Positions 40,117 through 51,485 of a DNA stretch of 64,000 nt are shown one piece after another. The DNA comes from Methanoregula sp. (GTDB lineage Archaea > Halobacteriota > Methanomicrobia > Methanomicrobiales > Methanospirillaceae): assembly GCA_039698055.1 (NCBI GenBank), contig JBDKTL010000024.1:59733-123732 (forward strand), in the 5' to 3' direction. The notes below the pieces were generated by a model that did no database searches, was not told the origin of the DNA, and worked only from the letters and a program-made list of their open reading frames with translations. Numbering within the stretch: the stretch's first letter is position 1; every line of letters starts with the position of its first letter. Both the position numbers and the translations under genes were made by a program.

Positions 40117-41786
40117 TGGTGCACGAAACATTCACAGCAATCAAAACTGCACTCAAAGAGTGCACAGGCATTGACGATATCCAGGTGATTGAAGGCGGAG
40201 AACATGCGGATCTTGCGTCAACCGTTGCATTTGGTCTGGCAAAACAACAGAAAAAATCGCCGGTACTGATCGCACAGGAAATTGTCAAAAAACTCACAAT
40301 ACACCCGGAACTGGTCCGCCTTGAGATCAATGTCGAAGCAAAAGGCCCGTATATTAATTTCCGGTTTGGCGGCGGTTATGTACGTGATTCGCTTATAGAT
40401 GCCGTGAAGCCAGGATATGGCGCCCTGCCAAAGAAGAACACCCGGGTCGTGCTTGAACATACCAGTGCAAACCCAAACGGTCCTCTTCATGTAGGGCATA
40501 TCCGGAATTCAATTATCGGCGATACACTTGCCCGTGTATTCCGCAAAGCGGGATACCGGCTCGAAGTGCAGTACTACGTCAATGACATGGGCAGGCAGAT
40601 TGCTATTGTCGCATGGGGATTTGATCACCTCGACAGCACCCAGGCAGAGGGAGAGAAAGAAGACGCCCATATTGCCCGGGTCTATATTGCAGCAAACCGG
40701 GAAATTGAAAAAGATCCCACAATCACCCAACAGGTCGATAAGCTCATGCAGCTGGTCGAAGGTGGCGATCCGGAAACAGTAAAGAAGTTTCGCAGGGAAG
40801 TCTCCCGTTGTCTTGACGGGTTTGCGGTTACCTTAAAAAACCTGAACGTGAAGCATGACCGGTTTGTCTGGGAGAGCGATTTCATTAGGAACGGGGATAC
40901 CAAACGTATCATCAGCCGTATATCGAAACTCCCACAGGTAAGAAACGATGAAACTCTTGCACTCGATCTCTCGGAATTCGGGTTTGAGAACAAGTACGTA
41001 ATCCGGCGCAGCGATGGGACATCGGTCTATGCCGCCCGTGACCTTGCATTCCATACTTGGAAAGGCGCAAATTTTGACTGGGTTATTGACGTTCTTGGTG
41101 CGGATCACAAACTGATCGGGGCACAGCTCCGCTGTACGCTCACCCTCCTTGGGGAGAAAACACCGGATATCGTCCATTTTGAATTTGTTTCGCTGCCAGA
41201 AGGTTCGATGAGTACGCGTGCAGGAAAATTCGTGTCTGCAGACGACCTGATCACCGAGGTGAATAAACGCGCCTTTGAAGATGTGTCCATCCGGCGCCCG
41301 GAACTTGACGAAGATACCCGAAGAGGGATCGCACGATCCGTTGCGCTTGCAGGAATCCGGTACGATATTGTGAAGGTTTCTCCAGAAAAGAGTACCATCT
41401 TTGACTGGAAGGAAGCCCTGAACTTCGAGCGCCAGAGCGGGCCGTACATCCAGTATTCCCATGCCCGTGCCTGCAGCATTCTCGAAAAAGCCGGTCAGTT
41501 TACTGAATGTTACAACCTCGAAACAGAGCAGGAAATCAAACTGGCAAAGACAATCGCCCGGTTCCCGGCCATTATCGAGAAAGTTATCACCGAGCTCCGT
41601 CCGCATATCCTTGCCACGTACGCCCACGAACTTGCCGACACGTTCAACACGTTCTACCACTACGAACCGGTCTTAAAAAGCGAAGGGGATGTCAGGGCGC
41701 GCCGGCTAACGCTCGTGAAGGCTGCCAAGAATACATTAAAAGAGTCTCTCGAGACACTTGGGATCGATGCCATCAGCACCATGTGA
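40116..41786 (+). CDS. argS: Arginyl-tRNA synthetase
   Basis: SANPNGPLHVGH, MSTRAG and PYIQYSHAR motifs. Confidence 0.96.
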   Translation: MVHETFTAIKTALKECTGIDDIQVIEGGEHADLASTVAFGLAKQQKKSPVLIAQEIVKKLTIHPELVRLEINVEAKGPYINFRFGGGYVRDSLIDAVKPGYGALPKKNTRVVLEHTSANPNGPLHVGHIRNSIIGDTLARVFRKAGYRLEVQYYVNDMGRQIAIVAWGFDHLDSTQAEGEKEDAHIARVYIAANREIEKDPTITQQVDKLMQLVEGGDPETVKKFRREVSRCLDGFAVTLKNLNVKHDRFVWESDFIRNGDTKRIISRISKLPQVRNDETLALDLSEFGFENKYVIRRSDGTSVYAARDLAFHTWKGANFDWVIDVLGADHKLIGAQLRCTLTLLGEKTPDIVHFEFVSLPEGSMSTRAGKFVSADDLITEVNKRAFEDVSIRRPELDEDTRRGIARSVALAGIRYDIVKVSPEKSTIFDWKEALNFERQSGPYIQYSHARACSILEKAGQFTECYNLETEQEIKLAKTIARFPAIIEKVITELRPHILATYAHELADTFNTFYHYEPVLKSEGDVRARRLTLVKAAKNTLKESLETLGIDAISTM

Positions 41787-42666
41787 TGCCCTGCGAAAGC
41801 AGGGATACCAGTTTTTTTCTCCAGCATCAACTGCCGCGCTCAAGCCCTGCATGTGGTGCAAACGGGCGCTTACCGGTGGTGAAATGTGCTATAAGCACCA
41901 GTTCTATGGAATTGCAAGTCATCGCTGCGTCCAGATGACCCCGACCCTGCGCTGTAATCAGCGCTGTCTTTTCTGCTGGAGATCATTTGAGCACGAGATG
42001 CCGGAGGAAACGGAGTGCCCGCCCGAAACCATCTTTGCGGGTGTGCATAAACTCCAGAAGAAGGCACTTGCCGGCTACAATGCAGTCCTTGAAAACACCG
42101 TGACCGATGAACGATGGAAAGAAGCGCTCGATCCAAAACACGTGGCGATCTCCCTTTCCGGTGAGCCAACACTCTACAGCCAGCTGCCAGAACTCATTGA
42201 CCTGTTCAACTTAAACGGCTATACAACGTTTCTTGTCAGCAACGGCACCAACCCGGACATGCTTGCCCGCTGCCGGCCGTACCAGCAGTACGTCTCGCTT
42301 GCCGCTCCTGACCAGGAAACTTATGAAAAGACCTGCCGACCGATGGGAGATTATTGGGAGCGCATCAACGAGAGCCTGTGTATGCTGGGCAAACATCGAT
42401 CAGCGGTACGGATCACGCTCGTATCTGGTCTCAATGATATTCATCCGGAAAAATATGCCGCGCTGCTGCAAGACGCAGGAGCGACATTTGTTGAGGTGAA
42501 AGGATACATGTATCTGGGATACAGTCGAAACAGGTTGGCTAGAGAAAACATGCCGGAGCATGATCAGGTGCGCAGTTTTGCAGAAAAAATTGCTGCTGCA
42601 TGCGATTATAAAATCCGGGATGAACACAGGTTGAGCAGGGTAGTCTGTCTGGAGCGTGAAACATGA
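41767..42666 (+). CDS. taw1: 4-demethylwyosine synthase (radical SAM)
   Basis: [31 protein letters not shown] and VEVKGYM motifs. Confidence 0.93.
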   Translation: MPSAPCDALRKQGYQFFSPASTAALKPCMWCKRALTGGEMCYKHQFYGIASHRCVQMTPTLRCNQRCLFCWRSFEHEMPEETECPPETIFAGVHKLQKKALAGYNAVLENTVTDERWKEALDPKHVAISLSGEPTLYSQLPELIDLFNLNGYTTFLVSNGTNPDMLARCRPYQQYVSLAAPDQETYEKTCRPMGDYWERINESLCMLGKHRSAVRITLVSGLNDIHPEKYAALLQDAGATFVEVKGYMYLGYSRNRLARENMPEHDQVRSFAEKIAAACDYKIRDEHRLSRVVCLERET

Positions 42667-44315
42667 AGTTTAATCCCGAAGACTGGAAAAAGAAAGCACA
42701 TGAAAATTTTGAGGGGGCATGGCATGAAGGCCCATCAGTAATCACCCCCGCTGGCCAGGATGAGAAATATCCCCGGCTTAGGTACAAACGGGCACAGCCA
42801 CACCCGATATTTGAAACAATCAACCGGCTGCGGGAGATCTACATGTCGCTTGGTTTTGACGAGATCGAAAACCCGGTGATTGTCGAGGACCAGGATATTT
42901 ACCGGCAGTTTGGCCCGGAAGCGATGGCGGTGCTCGACCGGGTGTTCTATATTGGCGGGCTGCCACGACCAAACGTCGGCATAGCAAAAAAGCAGCTGGA
43001 TGAGATCAACGAGATCCTTTTGAGCCACCGGAGCCCGCTTGTCCACGGCCACACAATTCCGGCAGAAGATGGAGGTCATAAGGAACCGTTCAAGCCCATG
43101 AGCAAAGAAACTGAAGAGCGGCTCCGTGAAACACTCCATGCGTACAAGAAATCAGAGATCGACGGTGACGAACTCACGTTTGAGCTGGCAAAGGTTCTTG
43201 GAGTTGATGACGGGATTGTCGTGCATATCCTCGATGCAGTATTCCCGGAATTTAAGTCGCTCGTTCCCGAATCCTCGCGCAGCACGTTGAGGAGTCACAT
43301 GACAAGCGGCTGGTTCATGACGCTTGGCTCGATCTGGGAACGGACACCGCTCCCCATCCAGCTCTTCTCGGTCGACCGGTGCTTCCGGCGCGAACAGGCA
43401 GAAGGGCCGACCCGGCTTATGACCTACCACTCTGCGTCCTGTGTCATTGCCGGCGAAGATGTCACAATAGAGGATGGAAAAGCGGTGAGCGAAGCGCTCC
43501 TTTCCGCGTTCGGGTATACTGATTTCCGGTTCCAGCCTGATGAAAAACGCTCCAAGTATTACATGCCGGATTCCCAGACGGAAGTCTACGCACGCCACCC
43601 GGTTCACGGGTGGGTTGAAGTGGCAACATTCGGGATGTATTCCCCATCGGCACTCGCCGAGTATGGCATCGGTGTCCCGGTGATGAACCTCGGCCTTGGT
43701 GTCGAACGGCTCGCCATGATCGCGTACAACGCAAACGATGTACGCCAGCTCTCCCACCCCCAGTTCTTCCCAAAACCGGTGACTGCCCGGGAGATTGCCC
43801 GTGCCGTGCACCTGCGCGAAGAGCCGGTTTCACCCGAAGGAAAAACACTTGCCGCAGCAATCGCCCGCATCGCCAGCGCACATGCCGCCGCACCTGGTCC
43901 ATGCTCGTTTGACGCATGGGAAGGCATGATTGGCACAACCAAGATAAAAGTCGTTGTCGAGGAGACAGAAGTAAATGCAAAACTCTGCGGCCCGGCCTGT
44001 GCCAACGAGATATTTGTGCATGAAGGTTCCATTCTCGGTGTTCCGGACGCAGAGAAGTGGAAATCTGTGCGCACCGAAGGCGTGACAACCGGCATCACCT
44101 ACCTTGACGCTGCATCCGCTCTTGCAGCAGCACGGATTGAAGAAGCAGCACGGTGCGGCCGGGAGATACTTGTTCAGGTAAAGATGGCAAAACTCCCCAG
44201 TGACATTAACCTGAAGATTGAAGAGTATGCGATGCGTGCAATTACCGACGCCAAAAAGAAAGTTGATGTGCGCGGCCCGGTCTTTTTAAGCGTTCGATCA
44301 GTCGTGCAGGAATGA
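42663..44315 (+). CDS. sepS: O-phosphoseryl-tRNA(Cys) synthetase
   Basis: [33 protein letters not shown] and [11 protein letters not shown] motifs. Confidence 0.95.
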   Translation: MKFNPEDWKKKAHENFEGAWHEGPSVITPAGQDEKYPRLRYKRAQPHPIFETINRLREIYMSLGFDEIENPVIVEDQDIYRQFGPEAMAVLDRVFYIGGLPRPNVGIAKKQLDEINEILLSHRSPLVHGHTIPAEDGGHKEPFKPMSKETEERLRETLHAYKKSEIDGDELTFELAKVLGVDDGIVVHILDAVFPEFKSLVPESSRSTLRSHMTSGWFMTLGSIWERTPLPIQLFSVDRCFRREQAEGPTRLMTYHSASCVIAGEDVTIEDGKAVSEALLSAFGYTDFRFQPDEKRSKYYMPDSQTEVYARHPVHGWVEVATFGMYSPSALAEYGIGVPVMNLGLGVERLAMIAYNANDVRQLSHPQFFPKPVTAREIARAVHLREEPVSPEGKTLAAAIARIASAHAAAPGPCSFDAWEGMIGTTKIKVVVEETEVNAKLCGPACANEIFVHEGSILGVPDAEKWKSVRTEGVTTGITYLDAASALAAARIEEAARCGREILVQVKMAKLPSDINLKIEEYAMRAITDAKKKVDVRGPVFLSVRSVVQE

Positions 44316-44339
44316 TCATTCGAACCATTTTTCCCCTTT

Positions 44340-45329
44340 TTAAATCTTCGACTGGAGGAATATTCTCCGGTGAATGATCCGCCATGAAAGGATCAGCTGG
44401 ACAATATCTGTTGCCGTCACCGTCTCCCGGTTCTCAAACATTGCAATCGGGTGAATACCGGTCTGGTGTTCAATATTTTTTTCAAGTTTTCGTATGGTAT
44501 CATAGTTCATCTCACCGTCAAATGTGAGCGCCCGCATCTGCGAACAGTCAACCGGCTGGGTTGAGAACTCGATCAGGAAATCCCGGTCATGGAACGAAAG
44601 GAGCGAGTGGAGATCGATAGTGAGATCGATATCGCGGATAGCCTGATTCATCCGGTTCTGGAAAAGGGAGATCTGGTAGATATTCTGTGCCGGTCCTTTT
44701 TCTTTTCCGTATTTTGAATACCCGATCCGGATAATCGCATCCGCCATGCAGCGCTGGGGCTCGATATATTTTTCATAATCTGCTTCACGCCGGGTAATCT
44801 CCTGTGACACTTCTTCAGAGGTATATCCCCGCCGTTCCATGTCACGGCGCCGCTTCCATTCATATTTCACTTCTTTTTTTGGATCCACAAAAATAGAAAA
44901 ATCCATCCGATCGCGCAATGTAGGCGTGAAAAGCGTGTGAAGTCCTTCAAAGAGGACGATCTTCTTTGATGCGAAGGGAACCGGCGGATCAAAGGTGCCG
45001 GTCGCGTGGTTATACACGGGTTTCTGTATGGCACGACCTTCTTTCAGGAGAGTAATATCGGATTCAAGCTGCGCAAGGTTGTTTGCTTCTGGGTCAAGCG
45101 GAGTAACGTTGCGCTGCTTTCGTTCCTCACGGTCGTATTTGTGATAATCATCAATGGTAATGGTTGCGACAAGATCCGGCCCGAAGATCTGGCGGATCGC
45201 ATTGGTAAACGTACTCTTACCTGACCCGCTGTCTCCCGCAACCCCGATTGTAAAGACAAACGGGGATCGCGCGATGATCTCCTTGAACGGGGGGATATCT
45301 GGCATGCGTAGCGGTACCTGCGATGCCAT
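44340..45329 (-). CDS. prk: Phosphoribulokinase (archaeal RHP-pathway type; uridine-kinase fold)
   Basis: GDSGSGKST, DDYHKYDREER, PVYNHATG, EGLH and RRDMERRG motifs. Confidence 0.8.
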   Translation of the reverse strand: MASQVPLRMPDIPPFKEIIARSPFVFTIGVAGDSGSGKSTFTNAIRQIFGPDLVATITIDDYHKYDREERKQRNVTPLDPEANNLAQLESDITLLKEGRAIQKPVYNHATGTFDPPVPFASKKIVLFEGLHTLFTPTLRDRMDFSIFVDPKKEVKYEWKRRRDMERRGYTSEEVSQEITRREADYEKYIEPQRCMADAIIRIGYSKYGKEKGPAQNIYQISLFQNRMNQAIRDIDLTIDLHSLLSFHDRDFLIEFSTQPVDCSQMRALTFDGEMNYDTIRKLEKNIEHQTGIHPIAMFENRETVTATDIVQLILSWRIIHRRIFLQSKI

Positions 45330-45381
45330 TCCTCTTAATTACACGGGTTGGGACAAGTGTTGATCTGATATTTCCGCTGAG

Positions 45382-45432
45382 TGTTAGAAATAGATAACAT
45401 TAATAAAGGATTGATGTTAGAAATAGACAACA
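45382..45432. promoter_or_regulatory. Two palindromic operator-like 18-mers flanking a TATA-like box
   Basis: TGTTAGAAATAGATAACA (45382-45399) and TGTTAGAAATAGACAACA (45415-45432), with TTAATAAA between them. Confidence 0.7.
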
Positions 45433-45449
45433 CATATGGAGAGGGAAAA

Positions 45450-45839
45450 ATGAAACTGGGATATAGTCACCTGAATCTTATCGGATCGGTGCTCATGCTA
45501 ACCGCATTTGTAATGATGTATGCTTACGAGACCAAAACGCTCGTTCCTCTGATACTGCTGGTCGCAAGTTTGATCATTTCAATTATCCTCATTGTCCAGC
45601 GGAAACAATTTGAAGAGGAGATCAAACCTGACGAGCGGACGCGGAAAATTGGGACATCTGCATTGTCATATGCCTAGTGGATCGGGATCAGCGGGATCAT
45701 ACTGCTGTTCTGGTCTGATTGGTTGGGTATCTGGAAACCTGATACACTGACCGCACTAGGTATATCATTCCTCCTGCTTTTCATTTCCGCAGTATTTTTT
45801 TTAGTATACCCGTCCCGTGGAGATGATGTCAGTGCCTGA
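45450..45839 (+). pseudogene. DUF2178-like membrane protein interrupted by an in-frame TAG
   Basis: The frame continues past TAG 45675-45677 (WIGISGIILLFWSDWL...) and aligns with the downstream paralog, where the TAG position is Trp. Confidence 0.75.
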
Positions 45840-45908
45840 CAAGGTCCGATGCTTAATACATGGATTACGAGATGCGTTAAAACCAGATACCAAGAGGAAT
45901 GGAAGAAA

Positions 45909-46292
45909 ATGAGATCAAGAAATCTCTACCGGATTGTCATCGGAATACTCATGCTTGCCAGTGGTATAGTAACGATCATCCTGACCGTGGGGGACACCAT
46001 CATCGGGACGATATTGCTGGTCGCGGGACTTACCTTTCTCATAGTAGGCGCCACCCGGCACCGGAAAGACGGGGACGGCCCGGAATCCGATGAGCGATCA
46101 AAACGAATCGGGGCATATGGATTATCGTATGCATGGCTGACCGGGCTCCTGTTCATGTTTGGATTGTTCTGGCTGGATTACCTGAATGTCCTACGGATGG
46201 GTACACAGATTGCACTTTGCCTGTCGATTCTCGTACTGGCACTCTCAGCACGCATCTACCAGATGTATTTGTTCCGAAAAGGAGACGTGTGA
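45909..46292 (+). CDS. DUF2178-like membrane protein
   Basis: [14 protein letters not shown] motif and 4 TM segments. Confidence 0.75.
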   Translation: MRSRNLYRIVIGILMLASGIVTIILTVGDTIIGTILLVAGLTFLIVGATRHRKDGDGPESDERSKRIGAYGLSYAWLTGLLFMFGLFWLDYLNVLRMGTQIALCLSILVLALSARIYQMYLFRKGDV

Positions 46293-46324
46293 GTCATGCC
46301 GGATGTACTTGTGGAGTGTCTGTC

Positions 46325-46558
46325 GTGCAGACAAAGATAAAGGAATACCGTGCCCGGTTTTCCATGACGCAAGAGGACCTTGCAAAAGCGGTGGGTGTCC
46401 GGAGAGAGACCATTGTGTTTCTTGAGCAGGGAAAGTACAATCCCTCCCTGAAACTCGCGCACGATACTGCAAAGGCCCTGCATGCCAAGATCGATGATCT
46501 ATTCATCTTTGAAGATGAAAACCCGGAGCGTGAAGCCCAGTATGTCCTCGTGGATTAA
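46325..46558 (+). CDS. XRE/Cro-family HTH regulator
   Basis: [36 protein letters not shown]; GTG start. Confidence 0.88.
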   Translation: MQTKIKEYRARFSMTQEDLAKAVGVRRETIVFLEQGKYNPSLKLAHDTAKALHAKIDDLFIFEDENPEREAQYVLVD

Positions 46559-48873
46559 TGCGCCGACACAATCATCATACCCGGGGTATCCGGACATCTA
46601 CCAGATTCACACTTTTTTGGTTGATTGCTCAACGATTTGAGGATCAGCACGGTTGCGTCCTTATCGAGCGGGGCATTATCATTCCCGCATTTAGGGGAAT
46701 AGATACAGGAGGGGCAGCCTTTTTCACATGGGCAATCCCGTACGAGTTCGTGCGCACTGGCGAACAAGGCACCAAGGTGCTCATATGCGTTTTCCGCGAG
46801 ACCGATGCCACCTTCATACGCATCGTAAACAAAAATCATCGGGTCGCCGTTTTCCCCGAATACCGGGGATGACAGTCCCCCGATATCCCAGCGATCGCAC
46901 ATGACATGAAGGGGCATGAGCGCGATAAGCGCGTGCTCGGCACCATGCAGACCACCGGCTAAATCGAGCCCGGCAGAGATCACAGACTGTTCAACGGTAT
47001 CCGGCAGGACAAACCAGAATGCTTTTGTCCGGAAGGTAAGAGGCGGGGGTGAGAGAGGTTCGACACCGATGATGGTATCACCCCGTTTGAGTTTATAGCC
47101 GGTATACTGCTCGGTCACCTCCACATCGCCAAACGCACACTTCACGCCATTGATTTCCTGTGTTTCTAGCGTCCCGATAACAGAAAGGTCAACCTCCTTG
47201 AGCGGCTGGGTGTAGTAATCCACATCCGTTTCTGTTACGCGTATCGTGTGCGTTTCAAGATCCATTTCATTGACAAGGTAGGTCTCTCCCTGATGGAGCA
47301 TAATCGCACCCTTGTGCGCTTCCCGGTGCGCCTGTCCCCGGTCCAGTGTTTCAAGGAGCCTGCCATGGCACATAATCCGGTAGCTCTCTGCAGACATTCC
47401 GTCAAGTCTCACTGCATCGGCAGCCCTGCCCCGCCCGGCATATACCCACCCACGGGATGTATTCCTGACGAGATTTGAGGACGCCAGATCTGCAAGAAGC
47501 GGGGAGAACGAATCACCAAAAAATTCACGGTCCGCTTCCTCCCGTATTGGGAGTTCGGCCGCAGCGCAGAGCAGCTGCCCCGAAACAATGTACGGGTTTT
47601 CTGTATCGACAATTGCATGCTCATGCGAGCGGGAAAAGAACTGGTCCGGGTGGTGCATGAAGTACTGGTCAAGAGGGTTTGCCTGCGCAACGAGCACGGC
47701 AAGAGACTCCCCCCCTTTCCGCCCTGCCCGCCCTGCCTGCTGCCGGATTGACATCATCGTGCCCGGGTAACCGGAAATAATCACCGCATCGAGAGATCCG
47801 ATATCGATCCCGAGTTCGAGGGCATTGGTGGATACGATGCCCTTCAGGAGGCCGTCCTTGAGCTGCCGTTCGATTCCCCGCCGTTCTTCCGGAAGATAAC
47901 CGGCACGGTACGCGGAAATTGATTCGGCAAGCCGGGTTGACGTGCGCCGTGCATCTTCCCGTGCCCAGACCGTAACAAGCTCGGTCATCTTGCGCGAACC
48001 GGTAAAACAGAGGGTCTGGAGATCGCCTTTTACGCAGGATACGAGAAGATCTTTTGTTTCCTGATGCATGGATCGCTCTCCTATTCCGTTATAAAACGGG
48101 TTATAGAGCACGAAGTGTTTTCTGCCATGTGGCGACCCATCGGCACTCACAATCTCAAACGGTTTGCCAGTCAATTGTGTAGCGAACTCTTTTGGATTTG
48201 CAAGGGTGGCGGTGGACAGGATAAACTGTGGGTCTGCGCCATAGTGCCGCGAGAGCCGGATCAGCCGTCGGACCAAGAGTGCAATATTCGATCCAAAGAC
48301 CCCCCGGTACTGGTGCGCTTCATCAATCACAACAAACCGGAGATTTGAAAAAAACTGGCTCCACTTTGCATGCCATGATAGTACTTGGTGGAGCTCGTGG
48401 GGATTTGAAACAATAATTCGTGAATGTTCACGAATTGCTGCACGCTTTGACTGGGGTGTATCCCCATCATAGATCGCCGGTTTTGCTGTAATGCCGGTGA
48501 ATTGTGCCATCTGCGACAATGTTGCCAACTGATCATTGGAGAGCGCTTTTGTGGGGTACAGATAGAGTGCCCGTGCAGCTGGATCCTTGTTGAGCTGTTC
48601 AAAGACTGGGAGATTGAACGCAAGCGTTTTACCGCTCGCTGTCGGCGTCGTAATAATCGCGTTCTTTCCTGATCGGATATGATTGATGGCTTCGCACTGG
48701 TGGGAATAGAGATGGATTCCATTCTGGTCAAGGAATGCTACAATCTCATCTGTAAGTGGTGATGACAGAGTCCCGTAATGAGGTGGCTCCGGTTCGGAAA
48801 GATGGCGACAAACAACCCGTTTGCTGTACAGGACATTTGTTTCAAGGAGCCCGACAATATCAGCGACAGCCAT
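46555..48873 (-). CDS. DEAH-box helicase with DUF1998 (MrfA/YprA/Hrq1-like)
   Basis: [32 protein letters not shown] and [10 protein letters not shown] motifs. Confidence 0.9.
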   Translation of the reverse strand: MAVADIVGLLETNVLYSKRVVCRHLSEPEPPHYGTLSSPLTDEIVAFLDQNGIHLYSHQCEAINHIRSGKNAIITTPTASGKTLAFNLPVFEQLNKDPAARALYLYPTKALSNDQLATLSQMAQFTGITAKPAIYDGDTPQSKRAAIREHSRIIVSNPHELHQVLSWHAKWSQFFSNLRFVVIDEAHQYRGVFGSNIALLVRRLIRLSRHYGADPQFILSTATLANPKEFATQLTGKPFEIVSADGSPHGRKHFVLYNPFYNGIGERSMHQETKDLLVSCVKGDLQTLCFTGSRKMTELVTVWAREDARRTSTRLAESISAYRAGYLPEERRGIERQLKDGLLKGIVSTNALELGIDIGSLDAVIISGYPGTMMSIRQQAGRAGRKGGESLAVLVAQANPLDQYFMHHPDQFFSRSHEHAIVDTENPYIVSGQLLCAAAELPIREEADREFFGDSFSPLLADLASSNLVRNTSRGWVYAGRGRAADAVRLDGMSAESYRIMCHGRLLETLDRGQAHREAHKGAIMLHQGETYLVNEMDLETHTIRVTETDVDYYTQPLKEVDLSVIGTLETQEINGVKCAFGDVEVTEQYTGYKLKRGDTIIGVEPLSPPPLTFRTKAFWFVLPDTVEQSVISAGLDLAGGLHGAEHALIALMPLHVMCDRWDIGGLSSPVFGENGDPMIFVYDAYEGGIGLAENAYEHLGALFASAHELVRDCPCEKGCPSCIYSPKCGNDNAPLDKDATVLILKSLSNQPKKCESGRCPDTPGMMIVSAH

Positions 48874-49942
48874 AGGACTCACCCAGGAGACGGAAGAAAA
48901 GAAGCGCGAGCGAAACCACATCCTGCCGGTTGTGTTCCACGATCGGAACAAGCGGCCCGCAGTTTTTTGTCTTCAGGAATGTTTCATAGAATTCCGGCAC
49001 CATCGCCCCGGGAATATCATCGGTGCGGCAGACACCCAGGATCTCCTGCTCAAGCGCGGACAATCGCAATGAAGGAAACATTCCTTTCCACCTTCTGCGG
49101 CTGAAATGCAGGACATCATAATGGGTGACGGGGGAAGCCGATCCCATCCTGTAATAAGCGAGACGGTCCCGAAGGTAGGGGTAATCAAAGGATTTCCCGT
49201 TAAAGGTAACAAGCGCCGGGTGATCCCGTGAAAAGTGACCCATGGTAGCAATAAGGGCTGCCTGCTCTTCATCAATATCGCGCAGCAGGTACTGGTGGAC
49301 ACAAAGTGCTCCTCGCTCGATCGTGCCGACACCAAAAAGGATTATGGGGCGGGAAAAGAGACCGAGCGTCTCGATATCAAGAAACACGTAATCCTCTGGC
49401 TCATGGAAACCGGCAGTTCCAAGAACAAATGGATGGGATTTCGCATGCCTGCTGCCTATCATATCCATGATCTCTGCAGAATTACCCTCCGACAATTGTT
49501 CAAGCACCTGCCCGGCCGATGAACGGAACTTCGGATTCTGCACAAGGTCTGCAATCGTGAAATATCCCCTGACATTCAGCCGTTTACGGGTAATTTCGCC
49601 GATCCCTCGTACAAGAGTAAGATCTGCAAGGATATCGCGGGTAAGCCGTTCAATATCAATTGCAACGATATCAAGAGGATGACGGCTTTCAAGAGAGATG
49701 CATACTCCCCCTTCATTTTTGATTTCCTCACCGGGAAAGAGTGTTTCGAATTCAACACCGGCATATTGTTTTTCCAGCTGGCAAAGCTGTTCCCGTGCCT
49801 GATCGTACTCGGAGGAGAGCACGGCATTATTGAAGAGATTTGTCCCAAATACATTCCCGTCACGTATGACTTCATACTCCCGCAGCGTATCCATGCGCTG
49901 TTGCCAGAGTTCTCCTATACGGTTGGCGTGAATGGCAGCCAT
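48860..49942 (-). CDS. RNase H-like DEDD exonuclease (MrfB/YprB-like) with HhH motif
   Basis: FLDIETLG, TFNGKSFD, HNRQDV and LTLVRGIG motifs; overlaps the helicase start. Confidence 0.85.
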   Translation of the reverse strand: MAAIHANRIGELWQQRMDTLREYEVIRDGNVFGTNLFNNAVLSSEYDQAREQLCQLEKQYAGVEFETLFPGEEIKNEGGVCISLESRHPLDIVAIDIERLTRDILADLTLVRGIGEITRKRLNVRGYFTIADLVQNPKFRSSAGQVLEQLSEGNSAEIMDMIGSRHAKSHPFVLGTAGFHEPEDYVFLDIETLGLFSRPIILFGVGTIERGALCVHQYLLRDIDEEQAALIATMGHFSRDHPALVTFNGKSFDYPYLRDRLAYYRMGSASPVTHYDVLHFSRRRWKGMFPSLRLSALEQEILGVCRTDDIPGAMVPEFYETFLKTKNCGPLVPIVEHNRQDVVSLALLFFRLLGESYGCR

Positions 49943-50043
49943 GTTCTGGTATAACAATCTGGATCGGGATGGATAAACCTCCACCGTGGAGGGTGAAAGT
50001 AATACGAAGCCTCAAATGCCAATCCGTACACACACTTTTTCAG

Positions 50044-50700
50044 ATGATTACCATTTTCCAGCACGGAGAACATGAACCGGCAGGAACCATCGAAGACTGC
50101 CTGATAACCCATCACCAGCCTTATGAAATTCTCCGGCTCTTTGAAGATGATACACTCCCTCGTGATCCACCCCATCAGCTCATAATCCTTGGCGGCCAGA
50201 TGAGCGTCAACGATGAACACGAGTACCCCTTTCTCAAACCGGAGAAAGAACTAGTCCGCGAAACAATAATTCAGGGAAAGACCGTACTTGGGATATGTCT
50301 TGGTGCCCAGATGATTGCATCGGCATTTGGGGAACGGGTCTACCCATCAAACGCCGAACTGGGCTGGCGTGATATAATAGACGTTATCCCATCACCGCTG
50401 GCATGGCATTCTGCCGTATCCCCGGTCTTTCACTGGCACCATGAAACGTTTAATCTTCCCAAGGGCGCAACCCTTGTTGCATACGGAGAACGGGTTAAAA
50501 ACCAGGCATTCCTTTTCGGACATGCAGTCGGTGTGCAGTTCCATCCCGAAGTTACCATGCCGATTATCAGTTACTGGGCAAAGGATCTGAACGCTTCAGA
50601 ACTTTCGCAGGTACTACAGGAATCGGAAAAGTACCTCGGGCAGAACCGACAGCGCTGCGAAAGGATACTGGATGCATTTCTTCATCACTGGGGCATATGA
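50044..50700 (+). CDS. Type 1 glutamine amidotransferase domain protein
   Basis: LGICLGAQ and QFHPE motifs. Confidence 0.85.
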   Translation: MITIFQHGEHEPAGTIEDCLITHHQPYEILRLFEDDTLPRDPPHQLIILGGQMSVNDEHEYPFLKPEKELVRETIIQGKTVLGICLGAQMIASAFGERVYPSNAELGWRDIIDVIPSPLAWHSAVSPVFHWHHETFNLPKGATLVAYGERVKNQAFLFGHAVGVQFHPEVTMPIISYWAKDLNASELSQVLQESEKYLGQNRQRCERILDAFLHHWGI

Positions 50701-51485
50701 TGGATATCAAGGGTTTGCTTATCGATCTCGACGGGGTGCTTTATGTAGGAGATACTGCCATTTCCGGGGCACAGGACACCATTGAATTCCTCAAAGAACA
50801 AAAGATCCCGTTCCGGTTTGTATCCAATACAACGAGAAAGTGCCGTGAAACCATTGCCCGACACATATATGGCATGGGCATTGGCATTCCGGTTGAATAT
50901 ATCTTCACTCCTCCTCTCGCTGCAGTCGCGTACATGAAAAAATCAGGAAAAAACCGGGTCTACCTTCTTACAACAGGCGATGTGCATAAGGATTTTGAAC
51001 CGGCATGCGTCTGTAATTGTTCTTGCGATGTGGATTATGTCATCATTGGCGATGCCGGGGATAAATTAACCTATGACTCCCTGAACCGCGCCTTTCGCCA
51101 CATTAATGGAGGAGCAGAACTGATTGCCCTTGAAAAAGACCGGTACTGGATGGCACCCGATGGGCTATCGCTTTCGGCCGGACCATTTGTAGAAGCACTG
51201 GAATTTGCCACGGGCAAGACTCCGGTGGTGATGGGGAAACCCTCGTTAACATTTTTTGAACTCGCCCTCAACGATATGGGATTAACCCCACCAGAGGCAG
51301 CGATGATAGGTGATGATATCGTGACCGATATTGGCGGAGCACAAAACGCTGGCATGAAAGGGATCCTTGTCCGCACAGGTAAATTCAGTGAAGAACGAAT
51401 GAAAGGCACGGAGATTAAACCGACATATATCATAAACTCAATCGCAGACCTCAAAAATATCATCAGGTTAGGAACGCCACCATGA
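50697..51485 (+). CDS. HAD-superfamily IIA hydrolase (LHPP/NagD-like)
   Basis: DLDGVL, SNTT, GKP and IGDDIVTDI motifs. Confidence 0.88.
   Translation: MMDIKGLLIDLDGVLYVGDTAISGAQDTIEFLKEQKIPFRFVSNTTRKCRETIARHIYGMGIGIPVEYIFTPPLAAVAYMKKSGKNRVYLLTTGDVHKDFEPACVCNCSCDVDYVIIGDAGDKLTYDSLNRAFRHINGGAELIALEKDRYWMAPDGLSLSAGPFVEALEFATGKTPVVMGKPSLTFFELALNDMGLTPPEAAMIGDDIVTDIGGAQNAGMKGILVRTGKFSEERMKGTEIKPTYIINSIADLKNIIRLGTPP

Noticed and set aside
40833-41660. 275-aa minus-strand ORF
   Set aside because: It is an antisense shadow of argS.
45382-45432. Mini-CRISPR array
   Set aside because: Only two 18-bp units with a 15-bp gap and no cas genes; it fits an operator pair.
45675-45677. Pyrrolysine codon
   Set aside because: The position aligns with a conserved Trp one transition away, there are no pyl genes in the window, and Methanomicrobiales generally lack Pyl.
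46555-48873. DISARM/Druantia defence helicase
   Set aside because: It is a full helicase+DUF1998 fusion paired with a YprB-like nuclease, with no other defence genes adjacent.
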